DNA of 64,000 bases, taken from the sequence record OP079919.1; one strand, written 5' to 3'. Of the stretch, positions 24,901 through 35,115 are shown in pieces (within the stretch, counting starts at the first letter, position 1; each line of letters starts with the position of its first letter). The translations under genes were made by a program, and so were the position numbers. Origin of the DNA: Klebsiella phage KPN8. The notes under the pieces were generated by a model. It made no database searches. It saw only the letters and a list, made by a program, of their open reading frames with translations, and was not told where the DNA came from.

Positions 24901-26953
24901 AGAACAAATCTAAAACTGAAGATGTGGATTTAGGAAGCGGCATAGTAGGTAATTCGAAATCCATTAACTCCAATGCCTCTTCCCCACCGATAGCCCTCAA
25001 TGAAGGATTATTCAGTGTACTCTGAGATAACAGCTCTTCAACGTTGTCCCTCGACCACTGTAGAATATCGATGGACCGGGTCATGATGTTAAGTTCTTTA
25101 CCGGTATCCAGCTCGATCATCCAGAAGAAGCAAGGTTTATCCTGACCTTGTCTGAAGATACGCGCCTTGGTTTGTTTCAGCTCGTAATCCCTCCAAGGGG
25201 CATCCATGAGGATCTCCTGGTTAGCTACGACCATGTGCGCCGATTCCCTCAAAGATCTGAAGGTGGTGACTGCTGGGTTCAAATCAGGTTCCGTATCAAA
25301 CCGTTTGATTAGAATGTCTTTAGACTGATCGGCATCACCGTAAATCAATAGCGGTTTAAACCCTTCCTTGTTAAGCACACTATAGACTTCATTCAGCACA
25401 TCCACATAAGACGTAAAGATCAGTGTTTTCTTCTCTACGTTGTTTATCATGGATGGAAGTCCTGCATGCGCAACAACTGCCCTTACGGCTTCTATACGGG
25501 CCTTACCCAACACATTACCTAAAGCCTCCCCTCTTATCTTCAAGCCAACGTACTTAACGGCCGATTTGATATTGCGGAACTGTTTCAGCTGCTCTCCACG
25601 TAATCGAGCTTCAATGTCGATTTCGACGTTCTTAGCGTACTGGGAATCAGCTGAGTCAGTAAAGTTGTTATAACCGTGAGTTCTGAACCGATTCACGATC
25701 TGTTTGTATTTAACCAGTTCACCCAGCTTACCGTTGTCATCTTTAACGTAGCTTTCGTAATCGTCTAAAACGTGATTAAAGAAAGCCAAAAAAATCGGCA
25801 TGTTTTGTTCGTAGAACTTGACTCGGTTCTGTATGTAAGAAAGCATTTCGAGTCTAATGGCTTTCAACGTGAATCGTTCGCCATTAGGAACGGTAACCGG
25901 AACCATTTCTACCGGTGGCTCCTCACCCATATCAAAGAGAGAATCAATGACGTAACGTGTTCTACCCAACCGATGGGCCAGAAGGGTGTTAAGTTTATCC
26001 CTGGATAGCCCGTAAGACTTCATGAAACGCTCTCTGGCGTTTCCTTTAAAGAAAGGATCTATCAGTGCAAAGATTGAATACGCTTCCCTTGCCATGGCTT
26101 TTAGAGGGGTTCCTGACATAGGAAGAGAATCATTGAAGGGATAATGGTCAGCGGCTTTAATGATATTCTGGGTTTGTTTAGAACTCAGCTCGTTAAAGTT
26201 GTGGGACTCATCAACAACGAGTGACACTCCGCCTTTACCAGCCGCCTCGAAAACCTGATCGAGAATCTTAAAGAAATCAGGGTTTCTTGTATAATCAATG
26301 TGAATAAGGAAGTATTCGCAAGAAGGATCAAACGGTTTATTTTGACGGGTACTCCAATACTTAGGAGGGTCAACAAAAACCTTTTCCTCCATGTGCAACT
26401 TCCAGACGGTATTGATTCCTGCGTCTGGGCAAATGATGATATGTTTTTTATTACCCGTTAATCTTGTCCACATCAAGCTAGTGTAGGTTTTTCCACTACC
26501 TGCCTTGGCGTCCAGCAAAAGCCCTTTAAGGTGGTGTGATTTCTTAACCATCTTGTAAGTGGATATAAAACCCCATTGAGTATCATAAGGTTTTATTTTA
26601 AACTGTTTTAAAAAAGAAGCTTTGTCTATCGGATAAGCTGTAGGGGTAACGGTATCCTTTATCCAGGTATCCGTTCTGAGTTTTATTTGGAGTTCGTTAA
26701 GGCTCTTGCGACTACTCCAAGTATTTCTTGACTGGAGGATCTTTGTTATTAGATGATCCAACTCCAATAAGAAAAAGTTATCCGTAACGAACTTATTGGA
26801 CCCAACACGTCTGAACATATAACGACCTGGCGTGCTTGTACCATACGCGGTCTGTATGTCGTCATTAAAGTTACGGAAGTTAACATGATTGATTTCCGTA
26901 ATAGTCGGTCCTTGTTTAACATCAGGCCCAAAGATATAGTTTAACATCACCAA
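24899..26953 (-). CDS. superfamily-2 helicase (DExH / SNF2-like)
   Basis: Walker A is LDAKAGSGKTYT, motif II is LVVDESHNF, C-terminal motif VI is QTKARIFRQGQ; 684 aa. Confidence 0.75.
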   Translation of the reverse strand: MVMLNYIFGPDVKQGPTITEINHVNFRNFNDDIQTAYGTSTPGRYMFRRVGSNKFVTDNFFLLELDHLITKILQSRNTWSSRKSLNELQIKLRTDTWIKDTVTPTAYPIDKASFLKQFKIKPYDTQWGFISTYKMVKKSHHLKGLLLDAKAGSGKTYTSLMWTRLTGNKKHIIICPDAGINTVWKLHMEEKVFVDPPKYWSTRQNKPFDPSCEYFLIHIDYTRNPDFFKILDQVFEAAGKGGVSLVVDESHNFNELSSKQTQNIIKAADHYPFNDSLPMSGTPLKAMAREAYSIFALIDPFFKGNARERFMKSYGLSRDKLNTLLAHRLGRTRYVIDSLFDMGEEPPVEMVPVTVPNGERFTLKAIRLEMLSYIQNRVKFYEQNMPIFLAFFNHVLDDYESYVKDDNGKLGELVKYKQIVNRFRTHGYNNFTDSADSQYAKNVEIDIEARLRGEQLKQFRNIKSAVKYVGLKIRGEALGNVLGKARIEAVRAVVAHAGLPSMINNVEKKTLIFTSYVDVLNEVYSVLNKEGFKPLLIYGDADQSKDILIKRFDTEPDLNPAVTTFRSLRESAHMVVANQEILMDAPWRDYELKQTKARIFRQGQDKPCFFWMIELDTGKELNIMTRSIDILQWSRDNVEELLSQSTLNNPSLRAIGGEEALELMDFELPTMPLPKSTSSVLDLF

Positions 26954-26977
26954 TCACCCGTTATTAGGAGTAGTAAA

Positions 26978-28255
26978 ATGAATTCTGTCGACATCAACAC
27001 CTATAAGAAGTTCTTCTCTGCTGTTGCCGCTGAACTGTTCAGTAATCTGGAAGATCTCAAAATCGTTTCCCATCGTCACGCGCTGTTAAATATTCTGTTT
27101 ATCGACGGGATCAAAATCAGTACGGGTGAACGTCGCCGCTATGCCTTCCACGAAAAGCATCTGAAGGCGGTCAAAGAACGCATTAACCTGGGCGACTTCT
27201 CTTTCCTCGATGAGCAGGTTCGGGATAAAGATTTCCAGCCGCGACAGTATAAAGGCGTCGAAATCGATCACGCTTACGGCTATGTGGTCAGCGCGGTCCC
27301 GGTCTTCACTTCCATGGAACAGCGCGGCACCGGCGATAAGGAATTCGACAACATGACCACCGGCCAACTGGCACGTGTTGATCAGTGGTTCACCGACTAC
27401 GCTAAGAAAGAAACCGACCAGCTGAAAACCATCGCCGATCTTACCGAAGCCTGGGGTAAATTCACCACGACGGTCAAGGATCACGATCTCTACTTCGGAT
27501 TCGACATCGAAGATCATAAAATCAGTCTGACCCTGGATAAAGCGCCTCCTATCGCTGATGAGATCAAGATCCTTCGTCAGCCGGTTACCCTGGAACAGCT
27601 CGCTGAGTTCTCTGAAGATGACCAGAAACACATCGCCGGTGTTCAGGCTGCCATCGACAAGATGAACGAACTCACTTCAGGGTTCTTCGGCATCGAGCTG
27701 GGTAACAAATACCTCACCCAATTCCGTGAGCGTATTTGGGAGCAGAACTTCTCCATGCCGCTTCAATATCAGACCAACATCGTCTATGAGTTCACCGATA
27801 ACACGCCTGAAACTCGTGCCCTCGTAGAGGAACAAGTCGAAAAGGTTATCAGTCTGCTGAAAGATAAAGAAGCCGAGCTGGGTAATCGTGTCTATCTCGA
27901 CACTAACTCGCTGGCGACCTTCGTTGTTAACGAAGAAGGTGCTAACGAATACTACGACTACCCTGTGGTCCGTGAGATGTGGTCGAAGTTCGTTCGCTCG
28001 TTCGGTAAAGCGATCCTCAACCTGATGAACCAGACCGAATCGGTTTACTTCAAACCCTACATCTCTAAGGTAACCAAAGTGGAAACCGAAGAAACTCCTG
28101 CTGTTCGTAAACGTGGTGAAAACCCGCACCTGGTCGCAGTTGATGAATCGCCTTTTGTAGATGGCGATGCAGAAGTGGTAGTTGAAGACGATTCCGCCCA
28201 GGATGAAACCTATGCGCTCGAAGGCGACGCTCAGGCTCCTAGTCAAAACGTTTAA
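26978..28255 (+). CDS. abundant acidic protein (candidate SSB-like or scaffold; function unknown)
   Basis: Strong host-like codon bias; long antisense shadow ORFs; highly acidic C-terminal tail DGDAEVVVEDDSAQDETYALEGDAQAPSQNV; adjacent to the helicase. Confidence 0.6.
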   Translation: MNSVDINTYKKFFSAVAAELFSNLEDLKIVSHRHALLNILFIDGIKISTGERRRYAFHEKHLKAVKERINLGDFSFLDEQVRDKDFQPRQYKGVEIDHAYGYVVSAVPVFTSMEQRGTGDKEFDNMTTGQLARVDQWFTDYAKKETDQLKTIADLTEAWGKFTTTVKDHDLYFGFDIEDHKISLTLDKAPPIADEIKILRQPVTLEQLAEFSEDDQKHIAGVQAAIDKMNELTSGFFGIELGNKYLTQFRERIWEQNFSMPLQYQTNIVYEFTDNTPETRALVEEQVEKVISLLKDKEAELGNRVYLDTNSLATFVVNEEGANEYYDYPVVREMWSKFVRSFGKAILNLMNQTESVYFKPYISKVTKVETEETPAVRKRGENPHLVAVDESPFVDGDAEVVVEDDSAQDETYALEGDAQAPSQNV

Positions 28256-28273
28256 TCGATAACGCAAAGAAAC

Positions 28274-28326
28274 TATTCCTCCTACCCGTAAGGGTAGGAG
28301 GAATATATTTCTGTTATTTTTTTTTT
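28274..28326. terminator. bidirectional terminator (CTCCTAC family)
   Basis: 14-bp stem TATTCCTCCTACCC/GGGTAGGAGGAATA followed by a 13-T run. Confidence 0.8.
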
Positions 28327-28984
28327 ACGGCGTTTGTTCATTCTTAGCGGCTATTAACGCAGCCTCTAATTCCTGAATGTACAATTGTTGTTTGGTTATA
28401 GTTTCGGCCTGCTTAGCGAGTTTGATTTGATCCGTCTCTGCATTAGCGATAGCGTTAAGCCGAGTAGATTCAAATATTTCCGCGTCTTCTTTCGACACAT
28501 AAGCCCTGGTAGGAATACTACCGATGTAGCTCTTCGCGTTAGCAAGTCCGAAATTAGTTTTAGCGTAATCTTGGAAGTGATCGATCAACGTGTTAATTTT
28601 ATCCGCCATCTGAGGAGGGCATGCCCCCAGGTCGGTGTAAACAACAAATCTTTCAAAGATCACCCCGTCAATTAGGGGAAATGATTTGATATAGGTGCTG
28701 GGAATATAAACCGGAGATCCGTTTTTAGAGGTCAGGGTGATGATCGCCCCGTTATTCTCTTCTACCAGATCTAAGATACTTTCATAAGCATCTTCTGATA
28801 TCCCCACTGGTTCGAACATCAATCCCCAAACATCAATATTCCTGTTTCGGAACTGTGCCGCCGTACAGACGTCTTCCACTTTATAAAAGATGGACTCGTC
28901 GACCACTGTTGTAAAAGGTGTGATCGCGGTAAATTGTCCCGCGGCATAGAGTGAAGGAATGACGTTTTTATCAGTGTCTGCCAT
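28325..28984 (-). CDS. hypothetical protein
   Basis: 219-aa ORF; its start overlaps the next gene's stop region; ends at a bidirectional terminator. Confidence 0.5.
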   Translation of the reverse strand: MADTDKNVIPSLYAAGQFTAITPFTTVVDESIFYKVEDVCTAAQFRNRNIDVWGLMFEPVGISEDAYESILDLVEENNGAIITLTSKNGSPVYIPSTYIKSFPLIDGVIFERFVVYTDLGACPPQMADKINTLIDHFQDYAKTNFGLANAKSYIGSIPTRAYVSKEDAEIFESTRLNAIANAETDQIKLAKQAETITKQQLYIQELEAALIAAKNEQTP

Positions 28985-28994
28985 GGACTAACCT

Positions 28995-30332
28995 CTATTC
29001 GGTAATAATCCCGTCTTTAATAAACTGGGCCTTGGTCACCATTTGGAATCGGGTGGATCCCACTTGAATGGTTGCGAAGAGAATATTGTCCTTGACCAGA
29101 CGTTTGATCCCTGCCGGGACCAGACCGTCTTCAGTTAACACTTCTGCTCCGCTGATCAGTGTTTGCATGGCGGTGATGAAGTCGGTTGTGGCTGTAGACA
29201 TCCATGCGAACTGGGAATCGGTAGAAGGGATGAGCTGATAATCAGGGTAGAGTTCTTTGATTTTAGTCACGCCGTTAAAGTTCGTCGGTTTACCGGCGAA
29301 ACAGACTTTAGCGGATTTATAAAGGAAAGGAACGATCTGCGCTGATTTTATGATATTATCGGACGTATAACCTATAAGGTATTTCGTCGGATTTGTTAAA
29401 AGTGTTTCGTAGCTGGCAATCGGAGAGTACAGCGAACTTCCATCTGTTTTATTCTCCAAACCTAACTCATCCCAATAAGGGATCGCAACAAACTGCGTCG
29501 GGTTAAAAAGATCAGGGATGGCGTTCTCCCAATCCTCTTCACTTTCAGACGTTAATGCCAAAATGGCATTTGCTATCTCAGTGTAGATCTGATCTTCCTG
29601 ATCGTCGGCGTTACCGTAAACCAACACAGTGAAATAAACGGTGTTGTAATTCGCGGTATTTACCAGATCGTAGACTTTGAACGGATAGACGAAACGAGAG
29701 CTGTATCGGTATTCGCCGTCATTGGTTGCTGCTAAGACGCGTTGCTCGATCACGCTAGGGGTTTCTTGAGCAAGTCTAGTAGCGAGCTGCTGATAATTCA
29801 GTGTGACGAGTTTATCGATTTCGTCATCTGGAAGCACCAGGATAGGGACGATTTCGCAATAAGGATATTCCGCTTCAAAGTAAGCATTAGCGAACCAGAT
29901 TTTAAAATAAACGGTATCCCCGTTAGTCAGCGTCTGGGTACCCTCAATATGAGAAGGAAGATAAATGACACTATTCGTGACCATCGTTCCTACACCGCTG
30001 AATACTACCCCGGCGGTAAATTGTGCTTGCACTAACTGCAAACATGCTGTACTATCGTTAGTTAATACTCCGGCCACCGCCTGTTGATAAAGCCACTGAG
30101 CGATGTCCAGCTGTTTATTTTTTGTTTCATCCGGCATGATTTCGGCAACATCATCCTTCACACCATAAAAATTAATTAAGGTGGGGATGTGATCATCGCT
30201 GCGATAGAAACCCGGATCTTTCGAATACGCTCTCGTTTTGCTAGACAGCTCCCCTAACGGGGAAACCACTTTCTCGTGGTTATCACTTAGCGCCGCAATA
30301 GCACTAAATGAAAGGTATGAATATTTGCTCAT
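28995..30332 (-). CDS. hypothetical protein (possible virion protein)
   Basis: 445-aa ORF co-oriented with the 28325 gene. Confidence 0.5.
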   Translation of the reverse strand: MSKYSYLSFSAIAALSDNHEKVVSPLGELSSKTRAYSKDPGFYRSDDHIPTLINFYGVKDDVAEIMPDETKNKQLDIAQWLYQQAVAGVLTNDSTACLQLVQAQFTAGVVFSGVGTMVTNSVIYLPSHIEGTQTLTNGDTVYFKIWFANAYFEAEYPYCEIVPILVLPDDEIDKLVTLNYQQLATRLAQETPSVIEQRVLAATNDGEYRYSSRFVYPFKVYDLVNTANYNTVYFTVLVYGNADDQEDQIYTEIANAILALTSESEEDWENAIPDLFNPTQFVAIPYWDELGLENKTDGSSLYSPIASYETLLTNPTKYLIGYTSDNIIKSAQIVPFLYKSAKVCFAGKPTNFNGVTKIKELYPDYQLIPSTDSQFAWMSTATTDFITAMQTLISGAEVLTEDGLVPAGIKRLVKDNILFATIQVGSTRFQMVTKAQFIKDGIITE

Positions 30333-30352
30333 AATGTCGTCCGTTAAGGAAA

Positions 30353-30766
30353 GTGAAAATGTTTCCCATAGCCAAAGAACTGGTGGATAGGTTCATAGAA
30401 TGGCTCCTCAGGCGCGCGTCTGGAGAGACTTTAGAAGAAAAACAGAACTCGGCTATTCGGTATATTTCCTACGTTGCCGGGGGATTATTGTGGGCGGTTT
30501 TGACCCTCGTCGTCATCGATATTAATTTATCTTTACGTATACACGCAACTGAAGGCGCTGCAGCAGCGGTTAACAAAATGTTCTCTACGGATAGGAACCC
30601 TATAGATGAACTGATTAAAATCAACCGCACGTTAAGCGACAGGGTAGAATCGCTCAGGGAAGAAAATATTCTTTTAATCAAGGATAACTTGCGTCTATTG
30701 GATCAAACTAAAGTCATGGAAGATGTTGTAAAAACCTGCAAAAGACCGTCAACCAAAAAACAGTAA
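30353..30766 (+). CDS. membrane-anchored coiled-coil protein
   Basis: Hydrophobic segment YISYVAGGLLWAVLTLVVIDI followed by a heptad-rich C-terminus. Confidence 0.5.
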   Translation: MKMFPIAKELVDRFIEWLLRRASGETLEEKQNSAIRYISYVAGGLLWAVLTLVVIDINLSLRIHATEGAAAAVNKMFSTDRNPIDELIKINRTLSDRVESLREENILLIKDNLRLLDQTKVMEDVVKTCKRPSTKKQ

Positions 30767-30773
30767 TATTTTT

Positions 30774-30807
30774 ATACTAGGGATCCCAAATATGGGATCC
30801 CTAGTAT
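30774..30807. repeat. perfect 15-bp hairpin without a U-run
   Basis: ATACTAGGGATCCCA / TGGGATCCCTAGTAT between the 30353 and 30833 genes; no T-tract on either strand. Confidence 0.5.
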
Positions 30808-30832
30808 TACACAATGACAAAGGCCTTGAACT

Positions 30833-32323
30833 ATGTCTGAGATTAATCTCGTTTATTATTTAGTGAGTCGAAAAGTAGAAGGTAAGAAAACAGAAAGGGC
30901 TTGCGCAGGCGCTTTCGGTTATTCTTACGACGTATCCGTGGTGGGTAAGAAAAAGTTACAGAAAGATGTCCCTACTACCGTAGGGTTTTATGTCGGAAAT
31001 ACGACGAGCAATGGAACTGTAGTAGAACCTATCGATTCCCTTTCTGTGGTTGTTTCGGATAGGGCTCTGGAAATAGAAGCTCAACTGGACTTACTCAAAG
31101 TTATTCTGGAGGATGCCGTAGAGCATGAGGATGTTAAGAACATCGGGTTAATTGGGAAATACCCGTTACTCGAGAAACTTCTTACGGTCGACCCTTCCAA
31201 AATCGTAGAAAAGGAATATAAGTTAGGTAAAACGGAATTTAATAAAGAAGCGGTTAAATCTCTTACAGATATCCAAGCCCTTATGGATAAACTAAAGGGA
31301 AGAAGCAAACTCATCTTTAACTTCACACTAAGTGTTGAAGGTGGGATGGGTCCTAAGATGGCATGGCAGTCGGCTGGCATCGCCGAGGTTGAAACGGTTT
31401 GGGGAATGGAACCCATTGCGGCTTTATACCGTCAACCGATGAAAACTTTCCTTAATCCGGAGAGTGACTTTAACCGTATCATTTGTGGTAGCCGGTGGTA
31501 TTTTAACACAGGCGAAGGCAACGACTTCTATGAACTAAAGGAAGGTTACCGCCGCTACGGCTTCGGTAAAGTCGAGAAAGATAAGAAGTATTACGGTAAG
31601 CTCACCCCAGACGTGACTTATTCCTCTTTCTACACAAAGACACCTATAGCGCTGTTGGATAAGCTTTATGATTATACCGAGAAAAGGACGCATAACCCTA
31701 AAGGTTTGATGCTCGCTGGGAACATGCAATTCGTCAAATCTAAGGAAATAGCCAGGCTTATCGATAACTGCCCTGGGGTAGTGAGAGAAAAGGATTTGAT
31801 CGTTCCGTTTAGAATGGGTTCTCAGGATGAGCCCACTTTGGTGGAGCTGATTGACCCACCTGGACTCACTTACCGGATTTCTGATGTCATGGAAGAACAT
31901 GACATTATCTTACACAGCTTCTTAAACAAAGATGAGTTCAATAAATTCGGGCAATATCAAAAGTTCTACGATATAACGAATGTCATTTTTGAGAAGATCC
32001 CAAATAAAAAAGGGGAGATCAAGTTAAAGCTTCAACCGGACTTCACCCAAAATACCCAAACGTTTAAAGTCAACGTAGAACACCGCAAAGCGGTTAAAGC
32101 GGTACCTATAACGTTGAGCGTCGGATACGATTTACCAGAGCGAAATGCATTTAACTCAGTAAAGGATCCCGATGTTCAAGTTTGGGTTAACATTGACGAA
32201 GCCAACGACGGATGTTTGATCTACCGCATCATTGTTAAAGCGGAAGACTGGATTTACATACATGCGTCTGGATGCGCTAATGTAAGGGTCTTGAATAAAG
32301 CCGAGCTAGGTAGAAAAGATTAA
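30833..32323 (+). CDS. hypothetical protein
   Basis: 496-aa ORF, AAAGGCC..ATG; ends at a bidirectional hairpin. Confidence 0.55.
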   Translation: MSEINLVYYLVSRKVEGKKTERACAGAFGYSYDVSVVGKKKLQKDVPTTVGFYVGNTTSNGTVVEPIDSLSVVVSDRALEIEAQLDLLKVILEDAVEHEDVKNIGLIGKYPLLEKLLTVDPSKIVEKEYKLGKTEFNKEAVKSLTDIQALMDKLKGRSKLIFNFTLSVEGGMGPKMAWQSAGIAEVETVWGMEPIAALYRQPMKTFLNPESDFNRIICGSRWYFNTGEGNDFYELKEGYRRYGFGKVEKDKKYYGKLTPDVTYSSFYTKTPIALLDKLYDYTEKRTHNPKGLMLAGNMQFVKSKEIARLIDNCPGVVREKDLIVPFRMGSQDEPTLVELIDPPGLTYRISDVMEEHDIILHSFLNKDEFNKFGQYQKFYDITNVIFEKIPNKKGEIKLKLQPDFTQNTQTFKVNVEHRKAVKAVPITLSVGYDLPERNAFNSVKDPDVQVWVNIDEANDGCLIYRIIVKAEDWIYIHASGCANVRVLNKAELGRKD

Positions 32324-32333
32324 CTTGGTTGAA

Positions 32334-32369
32334 TATAACAGTTAGGGTCGTGAGACCCTAACTGTTATA
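32334..32369. terminator. bidirectional hairpin terminator
   Basis: 16-bp stem TATAACAGTTAGGGTC/GACCCTAACTGTTATA with loop GTGA between convergent genes. Confidence 0.65.
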
Positions 32370-32373
32370 CTAT

Positions 32374-33171
32374 TTACTTTAATTTACCCAGTTCTGCTGT
32401 TTGAGATTCAAAAACAGCGGTCAGCTCATTTAAGAGAACCAACCCAGCACCAGTAACATTAATCAACGTATTATACGTATTGATGGTATCCTGAAGCGTT
32501 TTTAAACTATCCTTGTCGAAGACCAACTGGGACGTTTTGATCTTATCGACGATGATATTCCCCAGGTGATAAACTTCGTCAATACGATCAGCGAGGGAAC
32601 GAATGTCAGAGGACTTAATACCTGATACCGCTCCATTGAAATGCTCGACAGTATCGTAGAAGGATTTGAATGAATCGTAATACTGGTTAAGCCGATGATG
32701 AGTATTACGAGAAGACTGAATCCCTTCCATAAAGGACTGCAGATCGTTGGCCAGTGTATCCGTCTTGGTGACGCTGAACCAGAACGAAGAACCGACAGTC
32801 CCCGTCTTAGCAACGTCTTTCAGCCACTTGTAAATCCGACCGGATTCCGTTAACGCGGTAGAAAGCAGCAGCGCGGTGGAAGAAACCATTTTAACATAAT
32901 AGCTCCATTCGGTTTTCTCCGGATCAAAATAAGCTGGACCGGTCAAAGGAACCATTGTATGTTTAAAGTAATTTACTGTGGCGAGGTGTTTGGCTGTCTT
33001 GCCGTAATCGATAGTGTGGGCCGATGATTTAAGTTGACGAAACGCCTCTTTAAATCCACGTGATATTTCGGTCATTTTAAGTGAAAGAGACTCACCGACA
33101 GAAAGTTTTTCAGAACCGTCTATACCGAAAATAACAGGTTGCTTAACCTGTTCGATAAAACTGTTATTCAT
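32374..33171 (-). CDS. hypothetical protein
   Basis: 265-aa ORF on the minus strand. Confidence 0.5.
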   Translation of the reverse strand: MNNSFIEQVKQPVIFGIDGSEKLSVGESLSLKMTEISRGFKEAFRQLKSSAHTIDYGKTAKHLATVNYFKHTMVPLTGPAYFDPEKTEWSYYVKMVSSTALLLSTALTESGRIYKWLKDVAKTGTVGSSFWFSVTKTDTLANDLQSFMEGIQSSRNTHHRLNQYYDSFKSFYDTVEHFNGAVSGIKSSDIRSLADRIDEVYHLGNIIVDKIKTSQLVFDKDSLKTLQDTINTYNTLINVTGAGLVLLNELTAVFESQTAELGKLK

Positions 33172-33230
33172 TACTGGCGCTCCGTATTATTAGGTCAATA
33201 GCGTTTTTCATAGAATCCAAGAGGTAAACG

Positions 33231-34685
33231 ATGAGTACCCCTTTTCAATTTTTACAAAATGTAAAAAGCAGCCCGATGGTTCACATCGGTTTTAACTATA
33301 GTCCGCTTTTTGATATGATCAATGGCCGGTTCTTTAAGGGATACGATGAACAGTATTACCTGAACGGTGGGATCATGGACAACAACGCCACAGTAGGAGG
33401 AAGCAACACGCAGAAAACTGGACAGTTGGTATTCGCCTGCCGTCGTTTCCTGCAACGTTTCCCTATGGGGGTAATCATCTATGTTGACAGCGAGTCCACG
33501 TTAGATATTGGACGATTGGCTGATGCTGTCGATGCTGATTTCGGTATCCCTGGGTACTTCTACGATGAGATCTTCGACAAACGGTTCATCTATAAAACGA
33601 GTAAAGATGAATTCGATGGCACCGCTTTCCACAATCTCATCAAAGACGCTTACAACAACTTCAAGGACAACAAAGACAACCCGGACATGTATGTCCAAAC
33701 TCCGTTCTTGGATAAAGAAAATAAACGGATCAAATGTATTGCGCCGATCATGGTTATCTGTGATTCTTTAAGCGACCTTCGTTTCACCGAGGCTTCCGCC
33801 AAATTCACAGAAGGTGACGTGGACGAGGGTGGTAAGAAACGTACTCGTGATATGGAGTTCGGTAACCTCAAGCGCGTCGTCTTTGAAGACTCCAGCAACC
33901 TGGGTGGTATCGCCGGCCTCAGACTGTGGTGGGTGGGTCAGATCGCCGACATGATTAACATGGACGGTAAGCCGATGGAGAAACAATCCACCTTCATCCG
34001 TCCGGGTAAGAAGATCGCCAAGTGCCCTAAAGCGATTCTCCAGCTCCCGAGCATCGGGTTCGAGATCATCAAAGGCAGTGGGTTGAAAGTCGATCAAGAA
34101 TGGATGTACCCGAATCCATTCGGTCGCGATGTTGTTATCGACGCCGACGCCAGAGAAAACCCCGATCTCTTACTTTACAGCTTTACAATGTATCGTAATA
34201 AAGGCGGGAGTTCCGGACTACAATGTTCTTTCATCGGTTCTCAGTCAGACGGCATCCAGGAAGGACTGAGTATGTATCACACCATTAAAACCGACGGTTA
34301 TTTCGGTTTAAGTGTTGGTAGTAAAGTCAGCCACGCCTGCGACCTTATACCAGACCTTAAGGTTGGCCGAACAACCATTCGTAAAATCGTTAATGAGAAC
34401 CACCAATTCTACAGGGCGATTACTATCTGTTACCAGATGTGGTTCATGCAGAACTATTGGATGCGTTTGGATCACAAATACCGCATGACGCCAGCCGAAT
34501 TATATGCGAAGGTGGCTGAAGCCGGTTACGACTGGACAGAACTATTGGAAAACTCCGTCGATTACTGGCATCTCAACCCGGACATCAAGAAACATACTCT
34601 GACCACCATGCAGCTGTTGGCTGTTGCGTGTGGCGAAGGTTCTATTCCGTGGGCTTCTAATCGTTTATTAAAGCAAGCGGCATAA
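33231..34685 (+). CDS. hypothetical protein
   Basis: 484-aa ORF, GAGG upstream; no P-loop found. Confidence 0.55.
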   Translation: MSTPFQFLQNVKSSPMVHIGFNYSPLFDMINGRFFKGYDEQYYLNGGIMDNNATVGGSNTQKTGQLVFACRRFLQRFPMGVIIYVDSESTLDIGRLADAVDADFGIPGYFYDEIFDKRFIYKTSKDEFDGTAFHNLIKDAYNNFKDNKDNPDMYVQTPFLDKENKRIKCIAPIMVICDSLSDLRFTEASAKFTEGDVDEGGKKRTRDMEFGNLKRVVFEDSSNLGGIAGLRLWWVGQIADMINMDGKPMEKQSTFIRPGKKIAKCPKAILQLPSIGFEIIKGSGLKVDQEWMYPNPFGRDVVIDADARENPDLLLYSFTMYRNKGGSSGLQCSFIGSQSDGIQEGLSMYHTIKTDGYFGLSVGSKVSHACDLIPDLKVGRTTIRKIVNENHQFYRAITICYQMWFMQNYWMRLDHKYRMTPAELYAKVAEAGYDWTELLENSVDYWHLNPDIKKHTLTTMQLLAVACGEGSIPWASNRLLKQAA

Positions 34686-34689
34686 TTTG

Positions 34690-34725
34690 AAGGGGAGGGA
34701 GACCTCCCCCTACTTTTATTATTTA
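34690..34725 (+). terminator. intrinsic terminator
   Basis: GGGGAG-ggagac-CTCCCC followed by CTACTTTTATTATTT. Confidence 0.6.
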
Positions 34726-34740
34726 AGGATTATTAGGGTT

Positions 34741-35109
34741 ATGATTAAACCAGAACTAACCATTTTGATTGTCTCGGATTCTAACTTTAAGAATCTTTGT
34801 GAAGACCCGACGAGTTATGTCGAAAAACTCTACGGCATCTTAAACAATCGGTATAAGGTTCCTATCAAGATCATTACGGTCAGTGGTCGTTACGGTCTCA
34901 GCGCAATCGATAGTAACATTGAGACGCTCGATGTTGAAGATCGCAATAAGACGCTGTTTACCCAAACTATCGAGAACCACGCTGCGGTATTTGACGAACT
35001 GCAGATCATTTCTTTAAGTAACATCGTGGATCCCTTTATCGAAGGTGTAGCGGATACCATGAGTGCGTTACAAAAGAACATTACTCGTTATTCGTACAAA
35101 CGTAAGTAG
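34741..35109 (+). CDS. hypothetical protein
   Basis: ATG at 34741 (MIKPELTILIV) after a terminator hairpin; the longer tracked ORF starts inside the hairpin. Confidence 0.45.
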   Translation: MIKPELTILIVSDSNFKNLCEDPTSYVEKLYGILNNRYKVPIKIITVSGRYGLSAIDSNIETLDVEDRNKTLFTQTIENHAAVFDELQIISLSNIVDPFIEGVADTMSALQKNITRYSYKRK

Positions 35110-35115
35110 GTTAAC

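Noticed and set aside
33231-34685. K-x-D-G (HTIKTDGYF) in the 484-aa product as a possible ligase motif I.
   Set aside because: The motif lies at about residue 345 rather than in the N-terminal third. No accompanying motifs III, IV or V were recognisable, so this is probably a chance tetrapeptide.
30353-34685. Looked for jumbo-phage nucleus markers: a PhuZ tubulin GGGTG(S/T)G motif and a chimallin-sized (about 600-700 aa) abundant protein.
   Set aside because: No GGGTGSG motif in any frame product, and no 600-700-aa codon-optimised ORF in this window. These genes, if present, lie elsewhere in the genome.
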